Source: Bacteroidales bacterium (lineage in GTDB: Bacteria > Bacteroidota > Bacteroidia > Bacteroidales > B18-G4). From it: DNA of 64,000 nucleotides. Location of the stretch: the NCBI GenBank assembly GCA_018401355.1, contig JAGYLD010000003.1, forward strand, positions 10,444 to 74,443, in the 5' to 3' direction. A program made the position numbers and the translations under genes. The notes beneath the pieces are model-generated. The model was not told the DNA's origin. It was given only the letters and a program-made list of their open reading frames with translations, and made no database searches. Positions within the stretch are counted from its first letter, which is position 1; every line of letters begins with the position of its first letter. Positions 48,353 through 56,167 of the stretch are shown here, piece by piece.

Positions 48353-51300
48353 TTAGATATCTTCATATATCAGTCTTATTTCCACCCTTGTACCTGTGCC
48401 TTTTCCAAACTCGTTAATAAGATCAACAACTTTAATAGAATATTTATCTTTATGCTGTTTATTCAATAGTTCAAGTCTTTCGCGGGTAATCATCATTCCC
48501 CTGGATTTCCTTTTAATACCAGATATTTCTCTTATCTTCTGAGCTTCTTCACGGCCGATACCATTATCTTCAATGATGCAGTATATGGTATCTTTTTCAA
48601 GTGTCATGTCGATTTTCAACATGCCTTTATGCGGACTGTGAATTAATCCATGCAGAATTGCATTTTCAACATATGGTTGCAGTATCATGGGAGGGATGGC
48701 CATGAATTCCTCATCTATTCTTGGGTCAATATTGATAAAGTATTCAAACTTATCATCAAAACGAAGTCGTTCAATGTCCATAAAGTAAGTAAGGGCTTTG
48801 ACTTCGTCTTTTACCGGAATGATTGATTCTCTGGAGTTTGACAAAATAAGGCGCATTAGCTGGGAGAATTTTGAAAGGTAATGAATGGCCTTATCGGTAT
48901 CATTTGCAATGACAAAACTTTGTATTGCATTGAGGGAGTTAAAAATAAAATGTGGATTCATTTGCAGGCGGAGGGCTCTTTGTTCGATGTCAAAGAGTTG
49001 CTTTTCAATCTCCAGTACCCGCTTTTCAACCTTATGTTTTTTTCTGATAACTTTTATTCTCCTATAGACCAGCGACCACACGACGATGATGACAAACAGC
49101 GTGAAAATAATCCTGAATGACCAAGTGGACCACCATGGTGGAGGTATGATAATGGTAAATTTAATTCCTTCTTCATTCCATACCCCGTCATTATTTGATG
49201 CTTTAACATGAAACTCATAAATGCCTGGTGACACATTTGCATATTCTGCAATTCTTCTGTCTGCATTCCTGAATATCCATTTCTTGTCATAGTTTTTTAG
49301 CATGAATTCATATTTGTTTTTTGAAGGGTTGGAATAATCCAATGCAGAAAACTCAAATGAAAAGAAATTATCCCTGTGATCCAGAGTAATGGTGTCGTTA
49401 TTAGCAATATTTACAGGCTGTACCTCATTGAATTTTTTGAAGCTGGTGATTACCACTTCAGGTGGTTCGTCATTGTATCCGATTTCTTCAGGATAAAATG
49501 AGTTTAAACCATTCATTCCGCCAAAAAACATTTCCCCATCCTGGGCTTTATGGTAGGCTGGTGAATTAAATTCGTTGCTTTGCAGACCGTCTTTTACATC
49601 GTAGTTGATGAATACAGTATCTTCTACAATGAATTTTGAAAGCCCCCAGTTGGTGCTGATCCACAGGTTCCCGCTGTCATCCTCCAAAGTGCAATAAACA
49701 ACATTGTTTGGAAGGCCGTTAATTTCAGTAAATGCTTTGAAGTGTTCTTTTCCGGGATCATACAAATTAAGTCCCCCCCCCATGGTTCCTATCCAATATG
49801 ACCCTTTTTTATCCTGGTATACTGAAAAGATCTTATCAGAGCTGATGCTGGAGGGATCATCGGGGTCATACCTGAACCTTTTAAAGCTGCTGTCGCTTTG
49901 ATTAAATAAGTTTAGGCCGTTGGTAGTACTGATCCACATATTGCCATGTCGGTCTTCATATAGTTGCCAAATCCTGTTGTTGCTCAGGCTTGTGGTGTCT
50001 TTAGGATCATTCTGAAAATTGTAAAAATTGCCGTTATCCGGATTAAATATGCTTAAACCATTGTTGGTGCCTATCCAAAGGTTATGATCATTTGATTCTG
50101 CAATGTACAGCACTCCATCACTGATAAGTGAATTCGTATTTTCAGGATCTTTTACAAAATGTCTGAATCTACCTGTTTGCTTGTCATAGCTGAATACCCC
50201 ATGATTTTCAGTGCCAATCCAGAATATTTCTTTATGATCCTGTTTAATGATCCTGATTTTTTCATTGGCAAGGTCATGTATTCCATCGAAATTATGATGC
50301 AGAAGCCGGTAATGTCCAGTTTCCCTGTCAAGGATATTCAATCCCCTGGCTGTAGCTATCCATATCAATCCTTCAGGATCTTTCCAGATTGAGTAAACAA
50401 TGTTGTTGGAGAGGGTTTGTGGCTCATCAGAAGATCTTGCATACAAGGTAAATTTGCTGGAATTCCTGTCGTATTTATTTACACCTTTAAACGTTCCAAT
50501 CCAAAGATTTCCTGAGCTGTCTTCATAAAAAGAATATATATCATCATTGCTAAGACTGGTGATTTTATTGGTATGGCCATATTCTGTGAATGTTTCCTTT
50601 TCAGGATGGTATTGATTGACTTTGTCTTTAGTGCCAATCCAGAATACTCCAAAGCTATCCTGAAAAAGGCAGGTAACATGGTTATTACTTAAAGAGCCTG
50701 GATCCAGGTATTCATGGAAATAACTTTTTATTTTTTCTGTTTCAGGATTCATCCTGTTCAGTCCATTCCTTGTGGCTATCCATATGTATCCATCACTGGT
50801 TTGATAAACATCATTGATGTTATTATCGGAAATGGTATTTTCTGATGCATTGCTGAAGTATGGTATAAAGGTTTTTGAACCTACCTGATAACAAAAAAGC
50901 CCATGATTGGTAGCAATCCACATGTTGCCTGTCTGGTCCTGTATGATCTTGTTGATCCAATTGCTACGGATACTATCTGCTTTTTCGGAATAAAAATAAT
51001 AATGTGTAAACGACTTGCTGGCTTTATCATACTTATTGAGCCCTTTTGATGTGCAAAACCAGAAATATCCATCTTTATCCCTATAGATTTGATTGATGAA
51101 GTTATTGCTCAGGCTGTTTTTATCCTCAGGATTATTTTTCATAATGGAGATTTTGCCAGAATGCAAATCCAGGATGTTAACTCCATTTTCAGTTCCAATC
51201 CAGATATTGTTTTCGTTATCTTCTATCAGGCTTCTTACAGTGGTGTTGGATAAACCGTTTTGTTTATTGTAAATTTTGAAATCATAGCCGTCATATCTGT

Positions 51301-51541
51301 TCAGACCATCCCAGGTTCCGAACCACATATAACCCTGGTGATCCTGGATTATCGAAAAGACCAGGTTTTGAGAAAGACCTTTTTCATAAATGATATTTTC
51401 TGTGGAGATCCTGTCAAATTTTATGGTGGAAGGTTTTTGGGCGGTTACCTTGAATGTGCAGAGCGCAATAGGCACAAGGAAACCCCACATAAAAGATTTT
51501 CCTGAAAGTGGTATAAAAGAATTCATTTTTCGGATTTCCAT
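48353..51541 (-). CDS. Sensor histidine kinase: periplasmic double beta-propeller (Reg_prop repeats) + Y_Y_Y domain, TM, LytS/YehU-type kinase core
   Basis: 1062-aa ORF. It has more than 12 repeats of the WIGT..GLN.(F/Y) type and Y_Y_Y-like YEFMLKNYDKKW...PGIYEFHVKASN. The TM is FRIIFTLFVIIVVWSLVY. The His_kinase motif is LRLQMNPHFIFNSLNAIQSF, and the ATPase core is IEDNGIGR...GMMITRERLELL. Its ATG overlaps the upstream stop by 1 nt. Confidence 0.88.
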   Translation of the reverse strand: MEIRKMNSFIPLSGKSFMWGFLVPIALCTFKVTAQKPSTIKFDRISTENIIYEKGLSQNLVFSIIQDHQGYMWFGTWDGLNRYDGYDFKIYNKQNGLSNTTVRSLIEDNENNIWIGTENGVNILDLHSGKISIMKNNPEDKNSLSNNFINQIYRDKDGYFWFCTSKGLNKYDKASKSFTHYYFYSEKADSIRSNWINKIIQDQTGNMWIATNHGLFCYQVGSKTFIPYFSNASENTISDNNINDVYQTSDGYIWIATRNGLNRMNPETEKIKSYFHEYLDPGSLSNNHVTCLFQDSFGVFWIGTKDKVNQYHPEKETFTEYGHTNKITSLSNDDIYSFYEDSSGNLWIGTFKGVNKYDRNSSKFTLYARSSDEPQTLSNNIVYSIWKDPEGLIWIATARGLNILDRETGHYRLLHHNFDGIHDLANEKIRIIKQDHKEIFWIGTENHGVFSYDKQTGRFRHFVKDPENTNSLISDGVLYIAESNDHNLWIGTNNGLSIFNPDNGNFYNFQNDPKDTTSLSNNRIWQLYEDRHGNMWISTTNGLNLFNQSDSSFKRFRYDPDDPSSISSDKIFSVYQDKKGSYWIGTMGGGLNLYDPGKEHFKAFTEINGLPNNVVYCTLEDDSGNLWISTNWGLSKFIVEDTVFINYDVKDGLQSNEFNSPAYHKAQDGEMFFGGMNGLNSFYPEEIGYNDEPPEVVITSFKKFNEVQPVNIANNDTITLDHRDNFFSFEFSALDYSNPSKNKYEFMLKNYDKKWIFRNADRRIAEYANVSPGIYEFHVKASNNDGVWNEEGIKFTIIIPPPWWSTWSFRIIFTLFVIIVVWSLVYRRIKVIRKKHKVEKRVLEIEKQLFDIEQRALRLQMNPHFIFNSLNAIQSFVIANDTDKAIHYLSKFSQLMRLILSNSRESIIPVKDEVKALTYFMDIERLRFDDKFEYFINIDPRIDEEFMAIPPMILQPYVENAILHGLIHSPHKGMLKIDMTLEKDTIYCIIEDNGIGREEAQKIREISGIKRKSRGMMITRERLELLNKQHKDKYSIKVVDLINEFGKGTGTRVEIRLIYEDI

Positions 51542-51855
51542 TAGTTGTCTATTCCGGATTTGTTACATTTTTTAAAGCGTCTGAGGAATCCTTTTTTTCG
51601 AACTGTATTATTTCTTTTGCTCATTTTTTTTGTGTTCTTCATCATTTCCTGTGTGTCTTCAGCTTGCATTTCCCAATGTTTATTTTGTTGCTCTTTATAA
51701 TCTTTCCTCGCCTGTTTTTCCATTACCCTGCGTTGTTTTCTCATATACCTTTCTTCACTGGATTTGAAAAATAATCCACAACCACTTTGCAACAGGAGGA
51801 GCAAACTAAGTATAAGAATGTTTTTTTTTGGTCTAAAGTTGAGGTGTCTGGCCAT
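51541..51855 (-). CDS. Small Lys/Arg-rich putative lipoprotein, translationally coupled to the sensor kinase
   Basis: 104-aa ORF with a lipobox-like LLLQSGCG, followed by a strongly basic, helical-looking sequence (KQRRVMEKQARKDYKEQQNKHW...). The stop/start overlap with the kinase gene is TAATG. Confidence 0.45.
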   Translation of the reverse strand: MARHLNFRPKKNILILSLLLLLQSGCGLFFKSSEERYMRKQRRVMEKQARKDYKEQQNKHWEMQAEDTQEMMKNTKKMSKRNNTVRKKGFLRRFKKCNKSGIDN

Positions 51856-51935
51856 TAAATGGTTTTTATAAAGTATTCAAATGTAAAGAATTAAATAATA
51901 TTTATAATTTGTTGATGAAAAACTTTTCACTTTGA

Positions 51936-52400
51936 ATGAGCAAAACATACACCAAGCTGCTAACAGGTTTTATTGTGACATTGTTAATTTCAATTGTTGC
52001 ATTTCAATTATCCTGTAAAAAAGAAGACAACAATAATGAGGTAGATGTTGGCTATGTTAACATAACAATTGATCCGAATTCGACGCAGTATCTGGAAATA
52101 AATACTGTTGGTGGATGGTTGTACCTTACGGCAAATCCTCCCAGCAGAGGCATTATTGTTTACAGGCTATCCCAGGATCAGTTCATGGCATATGAAAGGA
52201 CACCTCCGTCCAGTCCCAATGAATGTTGTAAAGAAAATGGTTTATGTACCAGACTGATCGTTGACAATCCCTTTGTCGTTGACACCTGTCTTTCATATGA
52301 CTACCTGATCCTGGATGGTTCGCCACAGGCCCCGGCAACCAAAATGCTTGTAACATACAGAACTTTCTATGATGGTTCAACCCTTAGAATAACGAATTAA
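51936..52400 (+). CDS. Small lipoprotein with a degenerate Rieske-like fold signature
   Basis: 154-aa ORF with lipobox FQLSCKK. GGWLYLT...GIIVYRL...FMAYERTPPSS...VVDTCLSYDYLILDGSPQAPATKMLVTY parallels the Rieske layout (..C-x-H....C-x-x-H..f...G....GPA...L..Y), but the His ligands are absent. Confidence 0.4.
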   Translation: MSKTYTKLLTGFIVTLLISIVAFQLSCKKEDNNNEVDVGYVNITIDPNSTQYLEINTVGGWLYLTANPPSRGIIVYRLSQDQFMAYERTPPSSPNECCKENGLCTRLIVDNPFVVDTCLSYDYLILDGSPQAPATKMLVTYRTFYDGSTLRITN

Positions 52401-52505
52401 TTTTTTTAAGGGTTCCGCCCAGGTTTCAATAATTTTATAAGTTAGACTTTAGGCTCCGATGTGGCTCGAAAAGCCAAATGTGAAGTACGGGAAGTACATA
52501 CCATT

Positions 52506-53930
52506 TTAGTACCTGTAATGTTCCGGCTTATATGGCCCATCGATATTTACGCCCAGGTATTTTGCCTGTTCCTGCGACATTTTTGTCAGTTTTACTCCAA
52601 TATGCGGGAGATGTAACCTGGCAACTTCTTCATCAAGCTGCTTGGGCAAACGATAAACATCTATCTCATATTTGTTGTTCCAGAGATCCATTTGGGCAAG
52701 TACCTGGTTTGAGAAAGAGTTACTCATCACGAACGAAGGATGCCCGGTGGCACAGCCCAGATTTACGAGTCGTCCTTCTGCAAGCATATAGATGGAATTT
52801 CCTTTTTCGAAAGTATACTTGTCAACCTGAGGTTTGATGTTTTGTTTGATTACGCCCGGCCATTCGTCAAGAATATCGACCTGGATTTCATTGTCGAAGT
52901 GTCCTATATTACATACGATTGCCTCATCTTTCATTTGGGACATATGATCGGCGGTAATGACATCTTTGTTACCGGTGGCAGTAACAAAAATATTACCTTC
53001 ATCAAGGGCATCTTCTATAGTTTTTACCTCAAAGCCTTCCATGGCCGCTTGCAAAGCACAGATAGGATCAATTTCGGTAATGATTACCCTTGCTCCGAAA
53101 CCCCGCATGGATTGAGCACATCCTTTACCAACATCTCCGTAACCACAAACAACAACAACCTTTCCGGCGATCATTACATCTGTAGCTCTTTTTATGCCAT
53201 CTGCCAGTGATTCACGACAGCCATAGAGGTTGTCAAACTTTGATTTAGTAACAGAATCATTAACATTGATTGCGGGTGTTAGCAACGTGCCGGCTTCTTT
53301 TCTTTGATATAAACGATGAACGCCTGTTGTGGTTTCTTCAGATACTCCTTGCCATTCTTCTGCGGTTCTGTGCCAGCGTGTCGGGTCTTCGTTGAAAATC
53401 TTTTTCAATTGTTCCAGGATCACACCTTCTTCTCTGCTTGAAGGTTTTTTCTTTAATAATTCCGGATTGTTTTCTGCTTCAAATCCCATGTGTATCATCA
53501 AAGTGGCATCACCCCCGTCATCAACAACAAGGTGTGGGCCTTTACCTTCCGGAAAAGCAAGTGCACTTTGAGTACACCACCAGTATTCCTCCAGGGTTTC
53601 TCCTTTCCATGCGAAAATTGGGACTTTGGAATCCCTGACGACAGCAGCCGCAGCATGGTCCTGAGTGGAAAAAATGTTGCAACTTGCCCATCTGACATCG
53701 GCACCAAGTTCTAAAAGGGTTTCTATTAATACGGCTGTCTGAACGGTCATATGAAGAGATCCGGTAATCCTGGCACCCTTGAGCGGTTTATCTTTAGAAT
53801 GTTTTTTTCTCAGAGACATTAAACCCGGCATTTCTTTTTCAGCTATTTCAATTTCTTTCCTGCCCCAATCAGCCAGATTGATATCCTTAATTTTAAAATC
53901 AATTTTTTTATCAGCAATGATGTTTTCCAT
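52506..53930 (-). CDS. ahcY: Adenosylhomocysteinase
   Basis: I prefer the start [38 protein letters not shown] (ATG 53930). Family strings include [24 protein letters not shown], the NAD site [12 protein letters not shown] and IGHFDNEI. It ends KPEHYRY. Confidence 0.92.
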   Translation of the reverse strand: MENIIADKKIDFKIKDINLADWGRKEIEIAEKEMPGLMSLRKKHSKDKPLKGARITGSLHMTVQTAVLIETLLELGADVRWASCNIFSTQDHAAAAVVRDSKVPIFAWKGETLEEYWWCTQSALAFPEGKGPHLVVDDGGDATLMIHMGFEAENNPELLKKKPSSREEGVILEQLKKIFNEDPTRWHRTAEEWQGVSEETTTGVHRLYQRKEAGTLLTPAINVNDSVTKSKFDNLYGCRESLADGIKRATDVMIAGKVVVVCGYGDVGKGCAQSMRGFGARVIITEIDPICALQAAMEGFEVKTIEDALDEGNIFVTATGNKDVITADHMSQMKDEAIVCNIGHFDNEIQVDILDEWPGVIKQNIKPQVDKYTFEKGNSIYMLAEGRLVNLGCATGHPSFVMSNSFSNQVLAQMDLWNNKYEIDVYRLPKQLDEEVARLHLPHIGVKLTKMSQEQAKYLGVNIDGPYKPEHYRY

Positions 53931-54033
53931 TTTTCTTGTATTTAAGGCCTGCAAAAGTAATCATTCGTGTAAATATGACAAAGCATGTCCAGGATTATTT
54001 AATGTATCTTTGATACTTCAAACTGGTAGATAC

Positions 54034-54690
54034 ATGCCACTTTTAAATAAAGAACACCATAGCAAGGGATTTGTTGTAGGGTTCTGGAAGATAGATGAAA
54101 ATCTTCAGGCACTTGAAGAAATGATGGATTTCAATGATTATGACAGAAGATACTACAAAAGGTTTCTTGTCGATAAGCGTCGAAAGCATTGGTTGGCCTC
54201 CAGATTACTTTTAAAGGATCTTGCCGGGGGCAAATTTTCTCCTGTCTTGTACAACCAAGATGGCAAACCATATTTCTCCTCAGGTGAAGGATATTTTTCA
54301 TTATCGCATGCCGGGAACATGGCGGCTGCTATTTTCAGTGATATGGTGCCTGTTGGCATCGATATTGAAAGGATTACACCTAAATTGATGAAGGTGAAAG
54401 ATAGATTTTTAAGTAATGATGAACTTGATATTCGACTTGAAGGTGATTACCTGGATTACCTTTGTTTGGGTTGGTGTGGAAAGGAGGCTTTGTATAAAAT
54501 TCATGGGGAAAGAAAACTTGATTTTCGTGAACATATGATGCTTAAGTTTCCAAAGATCAGTGGGTCAGGACAATTTTATGGTGCCATACGATCTGAAAAG
54601 CAGGAACTTAGTTTTGAGTTGCAGTACACAAGAATAAATGATTACATGGCGGTTTTTGTTGCAGGAAAAGGTATTCAGGGAGCTGTTTGA
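54034..54690 (+). CDS. 4'-phosphopantetheinyl transferase (Sfp-type superfamily)
   Basis: I prefer the start MPLLNKEHH (ATG 54034); the track ORF start at 53779 runs antisense into ahcY. Motifs are SLSHAGNMAAA, VGIDIERI and WCGKEALYK. Confidence 0.75.
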   Translation: MPLLNKEHHSKGFVVGFWKIDENLQALEEMMDFNDYDRRYYKRFLVDKRRKHWLASRLLLKDLAGGKFSPVLYNQDGKPYFSSGEGYFSLSHAGNMAAAIFSDMVPVGIDIERITPKLMKVKDRFLSNDELDIRLEGDYLDYLCLGWCGKEALYKIHGERKLDFREHMMLKFPKISGSGQFYGAIRSEKQELSFELQYTRINDYMAVFVAGKGIQGAV

Positions 54691-54756
54691 TATAATCATT
54701 GTTTTGATCAGTATGCTACAAAGTTTCATTTATCTTTCATTAAATTTGCATTATTG

Positions 54757-54788
54757 TTTGTGTAAATGATAATTTTCTTTTAGGTTTG
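54757..54788 (+). promoter_or_regulatory. Candidate Bacteroidota sigma-A-type promoter (TTTG -33 / TAGGTTTG -7) for the GGGPS-family operon
   Basis: TTTG (54757..54760), a 20-nt spacer, then TAGGTTTG (54781..54788, an exact TAnnTTTG match), 25 nt upstream of ATG 54813. Confidence 0.4.
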
Positions 54789-54812
54789 TACAGGAACTAA
54801 TGGGTTCTGGGG

Positions 54813-55544
54813 ATGAATATATATAAAAAGCTCAAAGAAGGAGCTCCAAAGAAAAAATTTGCGGTACTAATTGATCCTGACAAGTATTCAGGACAAGAGG
54901 TAGTTGAAATTGCCCGTGCTTCGGAAAAAAATCACGTAGATTTTCTTTTTGTCGGGGGCAGTCTGTTGATGCGTGACCACCTTGAACGAACCATTTTAAA
55001 AATTAAAGAATATTGTAGTTTGCCGGTGATTATTTTTCCGGGAAGCAATATGCAGGTGAACAGGCATGCAGATGCCATTTTGCTTCTTTCCCTGATATCC
55101 GGCCGCAACCCCGAATTATTGATTGGTCAGCATGTTGTTGCTGCACCTTATATTAAAGAGTCTGGTCTGGAAGTGATCCCGACGGGTTACATACTTGTTG
55201 ACAGTGGCGCTCAAACAACCGCATCTTATATTAGCAATACATGGCCGGTACCATACCATAAAAAGGATATTGCTATGTGTACCGCCATGGCTGGAGAAAT
55301 GCTGGGCTTGCGTATGATATATCTTGATGGTGGCAGTGGTGCCCAAAAATTTGTTTCCCCGGAAATGGTTAAAGGGGTTAAACAAAGCATTGACATTCCA
55401 CTTGTTGTTGGGGGTGGGATCAGGAATGCAACTGCTGCAAAGCAGATTTGCGAGGCTGGTGCCGACCTTGTTGTTGTTGGAAATGCCATTGAAGAGAATC
55501 TTGATCAACTTGCCCGTATTTCTGAAGCCATACATAATCTTTAA
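54813..55544 (+). CDS. Geranylgeranylglyceryl/heptaprenylglyceryl phosphate synthase family protein (GGGPS/PcrB, TIM barrel)
   Basis: 243-aa ORF aligning by eye with B. subtilis PcrB and archaeal GGGPS. Matches are LIDPDK (KLDPNK), FVGGS (IGGS), IYLDGGSG (YLEYSG), VVGGGIRN (YGGGIKD) and LVVVGNAIEE (IVVGNAVYE). Confidence 0.85.
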   Translation: MNIYKKLKEGAPKKKFAVLIDPDKYSGQEVVEIARASEKNHVDFLFVGGSLLMRDHLERTILKIKEYCSLPVIIFPGSNMQVNRHADAILLLSLISGRNPELLIGQHVVAAPYIKESGLEVIPTGYILVDSGAQTTASYISNTWPVPYHKKDIAMCTAMAGEMLGLRMIYLDGGSGAQKFVSPEMVKGVKQSIDIPLVVGGGIRNATAAKQICEAGADLVVVGNAIEENLDQLARISEAIHNL

Positions 55545-55556
55545 AATTGTTTTTCC

Positions 55557-56156
55557 ATGAAAAGATCAATAATTGGTGTGATCCTGATGGTCTTCATTTG
55601 GGACTGTCTTTTCGCACAACCTATTGGGACAATAAACCCATCAATGACTGAGAAACCCTGGCTGGATAAAGAAACAAGAATCATAAATGACCATGCTATA
55701 ACCATGATCTTTGGGGAAAGGCCTACAAATTACAGACACATGAATCTTGGTCCGATAACAGCTATTTCATACCAATCTCCAGGTCAAATTGCTGATTCTA
55801 TTAAAAATGTGGCTGGTAAAGAAAACTGGAGCGATAAGGATCTTCAGGAAAAACTGGATTATTATACCAGCGATGCACCTGGCGGTATCGTCAATGTATT
55901 CATTTCCCGAGGGGATGAAGATCGTGCCAACTTCAGATGGTTCTTTTTGATAATCAGGAATAAAGTGGATAAGAAAATGACGGAAATATATCTGGATTAT
56001 CAAGCCCCGCAATTGCCGGAAGGTAATGGTTGGTGGAACTATACTTCAGTGTTAATTGATAAACCCGTAGAAATGCCGTTTTATGTCTATTTGAATGATA
56101 AACAAAGCAATCATTTGTCTGATTTTAAATTTGAAATACAACCTGTTAACAAATAA
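55557..56156 (+). CDS. Hypothetical secreted protein
   Basis: 199-aa ORF with signal peptide MKRSIIGVILMVFIWDCLFAQ. No motif recognised. There are 12-nt and 11-nt gaps to the flanking genes on the same strand. Confidence 0.5.
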   Translation: MKRSIIGVILMVFIWDCLFAQPIGTINPSMTEKPWLDKETRIINDHAITMIFGERPTNYRHMNLGPITAISYQSPGQIADSIKNVAGKENWSDKDLQEKLDYYTSDAPGGIVNVFISRGDEDRANFRWFFLIIRNKVDKKMTEIYLDYQAPQLPEGNGWWNYTSVLIDKPVEMPFYVYLNDKQSNHLSDFKFEIQPVNK

Positions 56157-56167
56157 ATCATACCATC

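Noticed and set aside
53779-54033. N-terminal 85 codons of the 303-aa track ORF for the PPTase gene
   Set aside because: The extension runs antisense through the 5' end of ahcY and has no PPTase similarity. The homology begins at MPLLNK (ATG 54034).
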